The notes under the pieces were generated by a model. That model saw only the letters and a program-made list of their open reading frames with translations, was not told the DNA's origin and ran no database searches. A DNA stretch of 64,000 nucleotides from positions 32,001 through 96,000 of the IMG/VR virus record IMGVR_UViG_3300031251_000002, one strand, 5' to 3'. Below, one piece after another: positions 49,942-59,988 of this stretch. This DNA comes from a virus. Made by a program: the position numbers and the translations under genes. Every line of letters begins with the position of its first letter. Position 1 is the first letter of the stretch.

Positions 49942-51963
49942 ATGGCTGATTTCCCTCTTCCGGGCCAACGCCCGACAACCCCTGCGATTCGGTCCATCGC
50001 AGTCAGCGGAAACACGCTCGGAACCACCATTTCTGTCCTTCACCGTTTCTTGCCGATTAACGCAACGGGACAGATTAGCGCGGGATTCAGCAACGGTTCG
50101 CTGTTGCTGTCCGTCCCGTCAATGGGAGTTTCAGCCGGTACAACCTCCGCATCGCTAGCGGCAGTCACGTTTGCTAACGGTAATGGTGTCAGCTTCGGGC
50201 TGAATGGATCCACCGTTACCGCAAGCATTGCGACCTCGCTGACCAACTTCAACATCTCCGCCGGTACAACTTCTAACAACCTATCGGCGTTGACGTTCGC
50301 CAACGGTAACAACGTCTCCTTCGGTCTGAACAACTCGACGCTCACCGCATCGGTTGCAACGTCGCTGACCAACATCAATTTCTCGGCAGGTACGACCTCG
50401 GCTAACCTGTCAGCGCTAACGTTCTCCAACTCTAACGGCATCAGCTTCGGACTGAACGCGGGTACGGTTACCGCTTCGGTTAACGCCATTGCAAACATCA
50501 ACGTCAGCGCCGGTACGACCTCCAACAACCTGACGCAGATTACTTTCAGCAACGCGAACAACGTCAGCTTCGGTCTCAACGCCTCGACCCTCACGGCTTC
50601 TATCGCTACCTCGCTGACCGCGATCAACCTGTCAGCCGGTACGACTTCCAACAACCTATCGGCGTTCACGCTCTCCAACAGCAACGGCCTGAGCTTCGGC
50701 TTGAACGGGTCTACCATTACCGGTAGCTACACCGTCCCGGTTGTGTCCAACGCTATTCAAAGCGTTTCTAGCGCGACCAACTCAGGAACTGGAGTTTCTC
50801 AGTTCGCTGCTCATGACCACGTTCACGCTGGAGTCGGCCCGGAAGGTGTTTCGACACTTGGCAACACGCTAGGAAATACCGGCGTGTTGATGGGTCGAGT
50901 TGTCTGGGCCGGTGGCAACAACATCACCCTGTCCGTCTCCTCGTCTAACAACAACGCTCAGACCATCACGATCATTGGTCCGACCATCGCTTCCTCGCTG
51001 ACCAACATCAACCTCTCAGCAGGAACAACCTCCAACAACCTCTCGGCGTTCACCCTGAGCAACTCCAACGGAGTCTCGTTCGGCTTGAACGGCAGCACGG
51101 TTACCGCTTCTATCGCTACCTCACTGACAGCCATCAACCTGTCGGCTGGTACGACGAGTAACAACCTGTCAGCGTTCACCATGAGCAACGCTAACAACGT
51201 TTCGTTCGGGCTGAACGGTTCGGTCATCACAGCTACTGCAACGGTTGCGACCAGCTTGACCAACATCAACTTCTCGGCTGGCACGACCTCCAACAACCTG
51301 TCAGCGATCACGTTCAGCAACTCCAACGGAGTGTCGTTCGGACTGAACGCCAGCACCGTGACGGCTTCTATTGCTACCTCGCTCACGGCGATCAACCTCT
51401 CGGCAGGTACAACCTCTAACAACCTGTCTGCGTTCACCATGAGCAACGCTAACAACGTGAGCTTCGGGTTGAACGGGTCAGTGATTACAGCTAGCGCGAC
51501 CGTAGCTTCGTCACTGACGGCGGTTAACATCTCGGCAGGTACGACTAGTAACAACCTGTCAGCGTTCACGTTCAGCAACGCCAACAACGTCAGCTTTGGA
51601 TTGAACGCTTCTACGATTACTGCATCAATCGCTACCAGCCTGACAGCCATCAACATCTCGGCAGGAACAACCTCAGGTAACCTGAGCGCCTTCACGTTCA
51701 GCAACGCAAACAGCATCACCTTTGGTTTGAATGCCTCTACGATCACGGCCAGCTTCTCGCAGTCAGTTCAGACGCAGGGGTTTGTCAACAGCATTTCCGT
51801 CCTTGGAAACACGGCTGGAACCGTCTCGGCTGGAACCGGTTTCTTGGCTCTGGCAGGTGGCAATAACATTACACTTTCAGGGTCTACGGCTGCTGGCAGC
51901 ATGACTCTTTCGATAGTTGGTAATGAGATTCAGTTCAATTACGCCTTCCTCGGCGGCGTGTAA
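49942..51963 (+). CDS. Repetitive fibre-like protein 2
   Basis: Eleven copies of a ~42-aa INLSAGTTSNNLSAFT.SN.N.VSFGLN.ST.TAS repeat; DHVH motif; ends AFLGGV. Confidence 0.8.
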   Translation: MADFPLPGQRPTTPAIRSIAVSGNTLGTTISVLHRFLPINATGQISAGFSNGSLLLSVPSMGVSAGTTSASLAAVTFANGNGVSFGLNGSTVTASIATSLTNFNISAGTTSNNLSALTFANGNNVSFGLNNSTLTASVATSLTNINFSAGTTSANLSALTFSNSNGISFGLNAGTVTASVNAIANINVSAGTTSNNLTQITFSNANNVSFGLNASTLTASIATSLTAINLSAGTTSNNLSAFTLSNSNGLSFGLNGSTITGSYTVPVVSNAIQSVSSATNSGTGVSQFAAHDHVHAGVGPEGVSTLGNTLGNTGVLMGRVVWAGGNNITLSVSSSNNNAQTITIIGPTIASSLTNINLSAGTTSNNLSAFTLSNSNGVSFGLNGSTVTASIATSLTAINLSAGTTSNNLSAFTMSNANNVSFGLNGSVITATATVATSLTNINFSAGTTSNNLSAITFSNSNGVSFGLNASTVTASIATSLTAINLSAGTTSNNLSAFTMSNANNVSFGLNGSVITASATVASSLTAVNISAGTTSNNLSAFTFSNANNVSFGLNASTITASIATSLTAINISAGTTSGNLSAFTFSNANSITFGLNASTITASFSQSVQTQGFVNSISVLGNTAGTVSAGTGFLALAGGNNITLSGSTAAGSMTLSIVGNEIQFNYAFLGGV

Positions 51964-51971
51964 GGTAATGT

Positions 51972-52394
51972 ATGGCAGCTAACCTTCCAATCTATCCGGC
52001 CTCTCTCGCTAACGCCGGGGTTGTACTGAACAACGCTTCCGGCACCTCGCTGGTGACTTTCTACACCGCTACCGGTAACGGCGCGAAGATTGAAAGCATA
52101 TCGGCTACCAGTACGGATACCTCTGCCCGTGTCTTGGTCGTCACCATCAACGTCGGTGGCACTGATTACACGGTTGGCACAGTCAACATTCCAATCACTG
52201 CGGGTACAGACGCGGCAGCGACTGCGGCGGTCAGCATCCTTGAGAACAACTCCATGATGCCGTGGGTTCGCAGGGACAGCAATGGACGCGCTTACCTGTA
52301 CCTCCAGTCGGGTAACATCCTGAAGTTCAACTCTCAGGTAACAATCACCTCAACAAAGGTGATTCACATCGTAGGACAAATCGGCGTCTACTAA
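51972..52394 (+). CDS. Fibre-associated small protein 2
   Basis: Paralogue of 49495-49920. Confidence 0.7.
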   Translation: MAANLPIYPASLANAGVVLNNASGTSLVTFYTATGNGAKIESISATSTDTSARVLVVTINVGGTDYTVGTVNIPITAGTDAAATAAVSILENNSMMPWVRRDSNGRAYLYLQSGNILKFNSQVTITSTKVIHIVGQIGVY

Positions 52395-54526
52395 TGTTTG
52401 GTGAGAATGATCCAAAGGCCCGAGGCCAAGTAGACAGCATCTCTCTGGCGGGGAATACCGCCGGTAATACGAGTGCTGGCACAGGACCGCTGGTTCTAGC
52501 CGGTGGTAACAACATTACTCTGTCCGCGCAGACCGCCATTCAGGGCGGTATGTCGGTTACTGTCTCCGGGCCTACCGTCATCCTTGACGCGCAGGGCATC
52601 AGCACGGGCGGCAATACGGCTGGTCAGACCGGCCTTGTCAGCCAGCAGCTTGTCTTTGTCGGCGGCAACAACATCACCCTGTCCGGTAGCGTTAACGCTC
52701 AGTCGGCAACGATTACCATCTCTGCCGGTGGCGGTGGTGCGGTTAATATCAGCGCTGGAACGACAAGTAACAACTTAAACGCACTCACGTTCGCGGATAG
52801 CAATGGTTTGAGTTGGGGCCTGAACGCTTCAACGATAACCGTTAGCTACACCGTCCCCCCGGTAAACACTGCCAACACCGCGATCCAATCAGTTCAGGGT
52901 TTCGTTTCCGCTGGAACTATGACGAGCTATGCTCGGGCGGATCATGCTCATGCTGGTGTTGCTAAACTATTTTTTGGATCAAACACGAAATCTGGTGGTG
53001 GACCGCTAACGATTACGGGCGATCCGTACGTTTCGTTGTCGTTTGATACGGCTGTTAATCAGGTTACGATTGACTGGCTTGGTCAACAGGCCACTACAGT
53101 ATCGGCTGTTACGTCCGCAAACGTGCTTGGAACTGCATCCAGTTCGTTTGCTATGCAGGACCATCAACACGCAGGTGTTGGCCTTGCTGGCGTGTCCAAC
53201 ATCGGAAACACTCTGGGTAACACGGCTGTCCTCCCCGGTCAGGTTGTCTTTGCTGGTGGTAACAACATCACACTTTCGATGTCCACCAGCGCCAACAACA
53301 ACATGACGATCACCATCTCTGCTGCGAACGGCGGCGGGGCAGGGTACACGGCTGGAATGTCCACGCAAGGAAACACAGCCGGTAACACTGGCATGGTGAC
53401 TGGACAACTTCAGCTTGTAGGATCGAACAACCTGACGCTCTCTGGATCAACGAACGCCGGATCCATGACGATCACCATTTCCGGTCCGTCGGCTGGGGGC
53501 ATGGGCGTTTCGACGCTCGGCAACTCGGCTGGAACGACGGGCACCGTTGGTGGCCAGATGGTCATGGTGGCTTCAGGCGGAGTCACCCTATCTCAGTCCA
53601 CGAACGGAAACTCGGGAACGATCACAATCACTGTTACCCCGAACGCCACGGCCTCATGGTTTGAGCCAGAAATCTATGGCGGTACGACGACAGGAACACA
53701 GGCTAACGGAACTGTCTATGTTCGACCGTTCTATGTTAACAACTACATATCGGCATATCGCGGTCAGATGCTGATGCAGATGACCAGCCAGAGCAACACG
53801 ACGATGAGCTTCTCCGGATCTGTTTCTGGAGGAAATGCCTCGTCGGCATCTGGATCGTGGGGTCTAAGCGGATCACTTTATGTCATGTCCCGAATCAGCA
53901 CCGGCACGGACGCCCATAGCTCTTTGATTGGTACTTTCTTTTCTCAGACCTACACCATGAGCATGGGTATGTCTAACTCGGTTAGCTGGTCTACCAACGC
54001 CTCCTCCGCTTCAGTTTCATGGACGACGGGCGGCAAGATTGGTTTCCTAAGCTCGATTGACTCAGCGGGTGGCGTTACTTACGGCAACTCAAGCACCACT
54101 TCATCGAACAGCTTTTCAAGCACCAGCACGAACGCTCACAGCTTCAGTTCGTCGGCTACTGTCAGCTTTGCATCCCAGCACCTCAGCCAGATCCGACCAA
54201 TTTTCTTCCCGATGGGCACAGCCCTTACTCCGGGCGAGTATTGGTTGGCCCACATTCAATCGACAAACACTGGTAGCACTAACCAAGGGTTGCAACAGCA
54301 GTGTCAGATGAACTCGGTTGGCTTGGTTTACTACACGACGCAGATTGGAACCCAGTATCAGGAAGTCGGCAACTCCGTGACCATCGCATCGAGCAACCTC
54401 ATGTGGGGGCTTGGCTCCTATAGTTCGTCAGGTAACTTGACGGCTGTTAGTGGAATTCCAATCTCACAGATTTCAAACATGAGCGGTTATTCGCTGTTCT
54501 TCCAGTTGCTCGCACAGGTGAAGTAA
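52394..54526 (+). CDS. Repetitive fibre-like protein 3 with C-terminal globular domain
   Basis: Five GN(T/S).G...TLS repeats, ARADHAH and DHQH motifs, non-repetitive C-terminus. Confidence 0.75.
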   Translation: MFGENDPKARGQVDSISLAGNTAGNTSAGTGPLVLAGGNNITLSAQTAIQGGMSVTVSGPTVILDAQGISTGGNTAGQTGLVSQQLVFVGGNNITLSGSVNAQSATITISAGGGGAVNISAGTTSNNLNALTFADSNGLSWGLNASTITVSYTVPPVNTANTAIQSVQGFVSAGTMTSYARADHAHAGVAKLFFGSNTKSGGGPLTITGDPYVSLSFDTAVNQVTIDWLGQQATTVSAVTSANVLGTASSSFAMQDHQHAGVGLAGVSNIGNTLGNTAVLPGQVVFAGGNNITLSMSTSANNNMTITISAANGGGAGYTAGMSTQGNTAGNTGMVTGQLQLVGSNNLTLSGSTNAGSMTITISGPSAGGMGVSTLGNSAGTTGTVGGQMVMVASGGVTLSQSTNGNSGTITITVTPNATASWFEPEIYGGTTTGTQANGTVYVRPFYVNNYISAYRGQMLMQMTSQSNTTMSFSGSVSGGNASSASGSWGLSGSLYVMSRISTGTDAHSSLIGTFFSQTYTMSMGMSNSVSWSTNASSASVSWTTGGKIGFLSSIDSAGGVTYGNSSTTSSNSFSSTSTNAHSFSSSATVSFASQHLSQIRPIFFPMGTALTPGEYWLAHIQSTNTGSTNQGLQQQCQMNSVGLVYYTTQIGTQYQEVGNSVTIASSNLMWGLGSYSSSGNLTAVSGIPISQISNMSGYSLFFQLLAQVK

Positions 54527-55200
54527 TGAGCGTCCAGATTAAAACTAATCTTGGCGGGCTTGGCTATCCCGCTGCTCTTGCTAACTACACTCCAATGAGC
54601 TTTTCCCTTTGGGTCCGCTTCATCACGTTCAATGGGACTTCGCAGCCCATGTTCGACATGGAAGACGCCGTGGACTCGCAGTTCAGCGCCTATATGGGCA
54701 ATGGGACCGCCGGTCCTCACCTGATGGACATGTCTACACGGGAAGCCGGGACAGATTTTCTCTTTGGCCCAAACGTTGCTCTCGGAGATTGGCATTGCTA
54801 TCAAGGAGCAGTCAACGATGCCTCTGATGGCGGTGTTTACGGGTATATCGACAGCGCCCAGTTTTTCAACACGTACACACCTATTGCGGTTAGCGGAACA
54901 GTTAACATCAACGCTGTTGGTGCCTACGGTAGCGGAGCTTCGTGGTGCAATGCCTACGTCTCACAATGTCGAGTCTGGACGGCTAAGTTGACATGGGAAG
55001 AGTTGGCTATTGAGCGCACCTCAGCAACGCATGTTAAAACAGCTAACTTATATGCCTCATGGCCGTTGTTAACGAACTTGCTTGACACTTCTGGGAACGG
55101 ACGGTCCTTGGTTCCAACTGGCACCATCTCGACAGACTACGCATTTGACTCGTCAACAGAGCCGCCTTTGTTTCCGCGCAGTCTTTGGTTGACACGGTAA
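54526..55200 (+). CDS. LamG/concanavalin A-like domain protein
   Basis: SFSLWV...GDWH....YID...V...RVW...LT.EE...L.A.WPL...D.SGNGR.L. Confidence 0.8.
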   Translation: MSVQIKTNLGGLGYPAALANYTPMSFSLWVRFITFNGTSQPMFDMEDAVDSQFSAYMGNGTAGPHLMDMSTREAGTDFLFGPNVALGDWHCYQGAVNDASDGGVYGYIDSAQFFNTYTPIAVSGTVNINAVGAYGSGASWCNAYVSQCRVWTAKLTWEELAIERTSATHVKTANLYASWPLLTNLLDTSGNGRSLVPTGTISTDYAFDSSTEPPLFPRSLWLTR

Positions 55201-55217
55201 GTAACGGCTTTTAAAAT
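55189..55217 (+). promoter_or_regulatory. Sigma70-type promoter for the glycosyltransferase/methyltransferase genes
   Basis: TTGACA-17 nt-TAAAAT; similar in spacer to the 22929 promoter. Confidence 0.75.
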
Positions 55218-55236
55218 CACAAGTTAGAGGGTAACA

Positions 55237-55968
55237 ATGAGTAAAGCGGGCAAGCTAACACAAGAAGCCATTGGGTTTCACAACGCCAATATCGCAGCCG
55301 CTCAGACGCGGTTGGTTCAGGGCAGCAGCTACAAAGACGTATCCACGATCTGTGTTGTGCCAACGCGGGGGATGATCTCCGCCAAGGTGGTCCAATACTG
55401 GATGGGGATGATGAGTCCGATGAACCAGAAGTTCATGCGGATTTTCATGAGCGGGCTAGAGGTGGGCGAGGCGTACGAACAGGCAGTGGATCAGATCCTC
55501 GCGCACCCAGACCTGTCGAAGTGGAAGTACATCCTAACGCTTGAGGAGGACAACTGTCCGCCTCCGGACGGGCTGCTTAAGCTAATCGAGTCCATTGAGA
55601 TGCACAAGCTCGATGCGGTTGGTGGCCTTTACTGGACAAAAGGCGAGGGCGGTCAGCCGATGATCTACGGCAACCCCGGTGAGATGCCAAGAAACTTCAT
55701 CCCGCAGGTTCCGATTCAGAACGCGGTTCAGCCGTGTAACGGTCTTGGAATGGGGTTCACGCTCTTCCGGATGGACATGTTCAAGTCCGGCAAGATCGCT
55801 CGTCCATTCTTCAAGACCGTGCAGGAGTACAAGCCCTACGTCGGCGGTTCGACGTTCACTCAGGACTTGTTCTTTTTCAACAAGGCGTGTGATCAAGGGT
55901 TCAAGTTCGCTTCAGACAATCGAGTTCTCGTTGGGCACTATGATGCCCCTAATGATTTCATGTGGTGA
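55237..55968 (+). CDS. GT-A fold (GT2-like) glycosyltransferase
   Basis: VVPTRG, YILTLEEDN (DxD-like), VGGLYW, GMGFTLF, QDLFF...G.K...D.RV.VGHYD. Confidence 0.8.
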   Translation: MSKAGKLTQEAIGFHNANIAAAQTRLVQGSSYKDVSTICVVPTRGMISAKVVQYWMGMMSPMNQKFMRIFMSGLEVGEAYEQAVDQILAHPDLSKWKYILTLEEDNCPPPDGLLKLIESIEMHKLDAVGGLYWTKGEGGQPMIYGNPGEMPRNFIPQVPIQNAVQPCNGLGMGFTLFRMDMFKSGKIARPFFKTVQEYKPYVGGSTFTQDLFFFNKACDQGFKFASDNRVLVGHYDAPNDFMW

Positions 55969-55978
55969 GTAACAAGGA

Positions 55979-56557
55979 GTGTATGTGGCTAAAAGTAAAG
56001 CAAAGCTAAAAGCGGTCTCCTCGGTAGTCGAAGCTGAACCCCTGAAGATCGACCTCGGCTGCGGGCAAAACAAGAAGCCCGGATTCACGGGGATTGATAT
56101 CGCTGCGGCTCCGGGCGTGGACATCGTTCACGACCTGATGGTGATGCCGTGGCCGTTTAAGAACGACTCGGTTGGCGAGGTCTTCTCGTCCCACACGATT
56201 GAGCATTTCACCGGCCCCCAGCGCGTCAAGTTCATGGAAGAGCTTTGGCGGGTGATGCAGGTGGGCGCAAACGCGACGTTCGTCTTCCCGTACTACAGTT
56301 CTTCACGGGCAATTCAGGATCCGTTTCACGCATGGCCCCCGTTGTGCGAAGCCTCCTTCCTGTACTTCAACAAGGGCTGGATGATCGCCAACAAGCTAGA
56401 CCACTACAACATCAAGTGTGACTTCGACTTCACCTACGGTTACGCCTTCAGCGGCCAGTTAGTAAATCGCCCTCAGGAGATGCGGGACTTTGCTATTCGC
56501 AACTACATCAATGCGGTTGATGACCTCCATGTAACACTTACTAAGAGGGCCGGATGA
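55979..56557 (+). CDS. Class I SAM-dependent methyltransferase
   Basis: KIDLGCG.NKKPGF.GID....GVD.VHDL...WPF..DSV.....H.IEH...E.WRV...DP.H. Confidence 0.9.
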   Translation: MYVAKSKAKLKAVSSVVEAEPLKIDLGCGQNKKPGFTGIDIAAAPGVDIVHDLMVMPWPFKNDSVGEVFSSHTIEHFTGPQRVKFMEELWRVMQVGANATFVFPYYSSSRAIQDPFHAWPPLCEASFLYFNKGWMIANKLDHYNIKCDFDFTYGYAFSGQLVNRPQEMRDFAIRNYINAVDDLHVTLTKRAG

Positions 56558-57342
56558 GTGATTACCCACCACTAAAGAATGCTGCGTACACAGCCCGCTT
56601 CCCGCTCTTCAACGCCCTCGGTTTCCTGACCGGGGCAAGCGGGTTTGTGTCCAACGTACAGCAAGATGGTGGGTCATTCGCTGCGACGACCAACACGGTT
56701 ACTGAGGATGCGGACGGCTTCTATCACCTAGCCCTGACCAGCGGTGAGATGAACGGGGACCAGATTCAGGTGGTCATTACGGCCACTGGAGCGTCCCCTG
56801 TGGCGATTGAGATCCACACGGTTGTCCGTCAGACCAAGGATCTCCTGTTCCCCAACACCTCGGGCCGTGGTCTCAACGTGGACGCGGCTGGCGAGGCCGA
56901 TGCGAACGTGGCCAAGTGGCTGACGGTTACGCCAAACGGTCTCCAGTCAGGTCGCGTGGACAGCTACACAGGAGCCATGGCGGCTGGGGTAATCACGGCC
57001 AGTGTTGTGGACACGACGCTCGATGTCTACACGGCTATCGTCACATTGACCCTAGACAGCACCAACACCAAGGACCGCTACCTTGTCGAGTTCTACAAGA
57101 ACGCGGTTCCGTGCGCCCATGGCGATGTCACTTCGCCAACGATTACGGTCTTCACGGAAGCCAGCGGCTCGATGCTCATCAACGCCGCTACGTTGACTGA
57201 AGTCAGCACGACCGGGTATTACTCGTACGATGAGGGCACGAATCGAATCACCAGAGGTTTGGGTTACTACGCCAAGACAAGTGCGACGATTGGCTCAGGA
57301 ACCCGTACGTGGGTAACGTCCGTGGTAACACGCGACGTATAA
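56554..57342 (+). CDS. Virion structural protein, N-terminus paralogous to 46440-46961
   Basis: DGGSFA..TN...E...G.Y.L.LT..E.N. Confidence 0.65.
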   Translation: MSDYPPLKNAAYTARFPLFNALGFLTGASGFVSNVQQDGGSFAATTNTVTEDADGFYHLALTSGEMNGDQIQVVITATGASPVAIEIHTVVRQTKDLLFPNTSGRGLNVDAAGEADANVAKWLTVTPNGLQSGRVDSYTGAMAAGVITASVVDTTLDVYTAIVTLTLDSTNTKDRYLVEFYKNAVPCAHGDVTSPTITVFTEASGSMLINAATLTEVSTTGYYSYDEGTNRITRGLGYYAKTSATIGSGTRTWVTSVVTRDV

Positions 57343-57354
57343 GGGTATGCTGCT

Positions 57355-58674
57355 ATGCCCCTCCTTTTCCCACGCCGGATCTGGCCCGGTTTCTTCGACC
57401 AGCCATCCGCTTCGTTCGGCAATTTCTACTTCAACAGCCTAACCCTGTCCGCAATAGCCGGGTTTGCCGATACCGGTCTGTTGTCTGCTATCGGCTCGCT
57501 GAACCTCTCAGCAACCCCAGACTTCGTTCCAACTGACACCGCCTTCATGGTGGGGTCAGTTACCCTGTCTGGAGCGAGCGGCTTCTCAGTTACCGGGGAT
57601 CGTGGCATCTTCACCAACCTATCGCTTTCAGCGACAGGGGACATCGCGCTGGCCTCCAAGCTCGATGCGGTTGGAAACCTGACGATCACTGGTTCTTCTG
57701 CCCTCACGACAACGGATACGCTGGATGCTCTCGCGTCCTTACTGATCACAACCGGTACGGCGTTTTTCGATCCGACCTTTGGTAACAACTCGACTGGAAC
57801 GCTAGACTTTACCTGCGGTGCAACCATGAGCGTGGTTGGGCAGGTAGTCGCTTTCAACTCGTTGACCCTAGCGGCCTCGCCTACGTTCAACACATCGGCC
57901 CTGCTGACTGCGCTAGCGAATCTTTCGTTGTCTGCCCTGTCTGGCTTCTCAGACTCGGCGCAGTTGGTAACCTCAGGTGCGCTCACCCTTTCTGGCTCTG
58001 CGGCGTTCAGCGGTACAGGCAATTTCGTAGCGACTCTGACGCTGAACCTTTCCGCGATACCGGGTTTCTCAGAGAGCGTCACCAACGCGGCTGCTGGCAA
58101 CCTGTCCTTAACCGTTACTGGGAACATCTCTGATCTGGCACTCCTGAACGCGGTGGGCAGCGCCAACCTAGCCGTCGTGGCCGGTATCCCAGTAGTCGGC
58201 AACGCCGACCTTCACGTTCTGTTCGACTTGAACAGTAGCGTTGGCCTCTTCCCGTTGGGTGGGCTGAACATTGATACCAGCCTCTCCCTCAGCGCGGCTC
58301 CGACCTTCTTTGGCAGCATCACAAACACGTTTGACGCCTCACTCTCGCTGGATGCAGTAGCGAGCGACTTCAACGCAGCGGTGTTCGTGGGCAACGCGGC
58401 CACCCTGTCCTTGCCTGCTGGAGCCACGGTCAGCCCGATCACGCAGGCTGATCTCGTTGGCCATATCAACCTGACAACGACTGCGCTGTGGTTCGCTGAG
58501 ATCGCTTTCTTCATCGCCCCGGTTTACACCGTTCCGTTCTATCTGGCGCTACTCACCTCGACACCGACAGAGCTTGAGGTTGTCCGAGTAACCCCTATCA
58601 GTGTTGCTTTGACGGTCGATACGCCAACCAACGTGGTTCTAGAATCCGATACACCCAAGACGTTAATTCATTGA
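57355..58674 (+). CDS. Low-complexity repeat structural protein, paralogue of 46958-47878
   Basis: About 21-aa L.LSA..GF repeats. Confidence 0.6.
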   Translation: MPLLFPRRIWPGFFDQPSASFGNFYFNSLTLSAIAGFADTGLLSAIGSLNLSATPDFVPTDTAFMVGSVTLSGASGFSVTGDRGIFTNLSLSATGDIALASKLDAVGNLTITGSSALTTTDTLDALASLLITTGTAFFDPTFGNNSTGTLDFTCGATMSVVGQVVAFNSLTLAASPTFNTSALLTALANLSLSALSGFSDSAQLVTSGALTLSGSAAFSGTGNFVATLTLNLSAIPGFSESVTNAAAGNLSLTVTGNISDLALLNAVGSANLAVVAGIPVVGNADLHVLFDLNSSVGLFPLGGLNIDTSLSLSAAPTFFGSITNTFDASLSLDAVASDFNAAVFVGNAATLSLPAGATVSPITQADLVGHINLTTTALWFAEIAFFIAPVYTVPFYLALLTSTPTELEVVRVTPISVALTVDTPTNVVLESDTPKTLIH

Positions 58675-58681
58675 GGTTTAA

Positions 58682-59023
58682 ATGCTGAACCCTTTCACAC
58701 TTGTAGAAGATGATCTGCTGCCGTCGCTTGTTGCCTTTCTTCGCAACGCGGATGGGTCGCCCATGGACCTCACCAGCACGAACGTGAAGTTCTGTATGAG
58801 TACCCAAGACCTGTCCGATGTTCGGATTGACCATGCCCCCTGCACGGTAGTGGATGCCGTGAACGGGAAGGTGCAATACGACTGGGTAGAGCCAAACACC
58901 GCTACCCCCGGCACCTTCGCTGCCCAATTTAAGGTGATCGTAACAACCCTTGCAGGCGACAAGGTAATGACGGTTCCGACCGAGGAGCCGCTGCTGATCG
59001 TTATCGTCCCGAGGCAGGCATGA
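58682..59023 (+). CDS. BppU N-terminal-like structural protein
   Basis: D.LPSL...L...DG.P.DLT...V.F.M...VVDA.NG.VQY.W....T..PG.F.AQF.V. Confidence 0.7.
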   Translation: MLNPFTLVEDDLLPSLVAFLRNADGSPMDLTSTNVKFCMSTQDLSDVRIDHAPCTVVDAVNGKVQYDWVEPNTATPGTFAAQFKVIVTTLAGDKVMTVPTEEPLLIVIVPRQA

Positions 59024-59532
59024 CCGATCCGAAGTTCCCGGCACCCCCGGATGCTGAGGGGTGGGCATCGTTTCAGAGCGAAATTTACAGCACGATGATG
59101 CAGCGGGTCACGGTCTACCCGTACACAACGAAGGTTGTTACCTTAGCTGACAACACGTATGGAGAAGACATGGCGCAGGAGTGGCCAGAGTGGCTTTCCT
59201 ACGTCACGCCTGTCTACATCGCCGTCAGGCCGGGTTGGAAGACCAAAGTCACCGCAGAAGGCGTGGATGAGGAACGCCCGCTAACCCTTTGCTTTGACAG
59301 GGACTTAATCCTCAAATCGGGGAAACCACTTCCGGCGACCGGGTTTTTGATCTACATCCAAGGCGAATACTACCGGGTCATGCAGGACAACCCGGCTGAC
59401 TACTTTGCTAACCTCGACCGGGTATTCACACATGTCGTATTAGTTCAGCGTTATCGCACAGAAAGTGTCTCCCGAGGGGATATTACAGGTGAGGAACCAC
59501 CGGTAGATCGCTCTGATTACCCCCATGAGTAA
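59020..59532 (+). CDS. Head-closure / neck protein (gp14-like)
   Basis: V..Y...N.YGE...G.D....L...F....L....P..G.LI...GEYY.V; position. Confidence 0.6.
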   Translation: MTDPKFPAPPDAEGWASFQSEIYSTMMQRVTVYPYTTKVVTLADNTYGEDMAQEWPEWLSYVTPVYIAVRPGWKTKVTAEGVDEERPLTLCFDRDLILKSGKPLPATGFLIYIQGEYYRVMQDNPADYFANLDRVFTHVVLVQRYRTESVSRGDITGEEPPVDRSDYPHE

Positions 59533-59974
59533 CATGCTTCCAAATTTTTCTCTTGATGATTTGTCGTATGGTTCCGGTAGTTACTTTGTATTCTCGGGCT
59601 AGAGTAGTTTGTGAGACTTTGGGGTAAAGCTTCAATATGTTAAGAACATCGCTTTCGGTGAGTTTTGCACGTACATGGCCTTCTCCGTGTGGTGTTCGTC
59701 CTTTTATGGTCTTGTCAGCCGCGTTGTCTGACCGGTTACCGAGAAACAGGTGGGCTGGGTTACAGCAGGGGGGATTATCACAATGATGCAAAACACACCC
59801 ACCCGGAGGGATTGGTCCGCGAGTCAATTCCCACGCCATCCGGTGTGCAAAGATCGAAGCGCGAGCCGTTCCGGGGCGATGAAACCACCCATAACCAGTT
59901 CGATGGGTAGCGGCTTGCCATTTCCAGCAATCGTGGGGTCCGAGGACTTGCACCTTGCTCCAGAATTTTGTCAT
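59483..59974 (-). CDS. HNH homing endonuclease with C-terminal HTH
   Basis: FWSKV...CW.W...GYG.F...AHR.AWEL..GPIP.G..VLH.CDNPPCCNP.HL.LG...DN..D...KGR; AKLTE.DV...LAREY.V. Confidence 0.93.
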   Translation of the reverse strand: MTKFWSKVQVLGPHDCWKWQAATHRTGYGWFHRPGTARASIFAHRMAWELTRGPIPPGGCVLHHCDNPPCCNPAHLFLGNRSDNAADKTIKGRTPHGEGHVRAKLTESDVLNILKLYPKVSQTTLAREYKVTTGTIRQIIKRKIWKHVTHGGNQSDLPVVPHL

Positions 59975-59988
59975 ATGGGGAGTATACA

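Noticed and set aside
49942-51963. Regular ~126-bp DNA repeats as a CRISPR array or DGR template
   Set aside because: Repeats are in-frame coding units with synonymous variation; no spacers, cas genes or reverse transcriptase seen.
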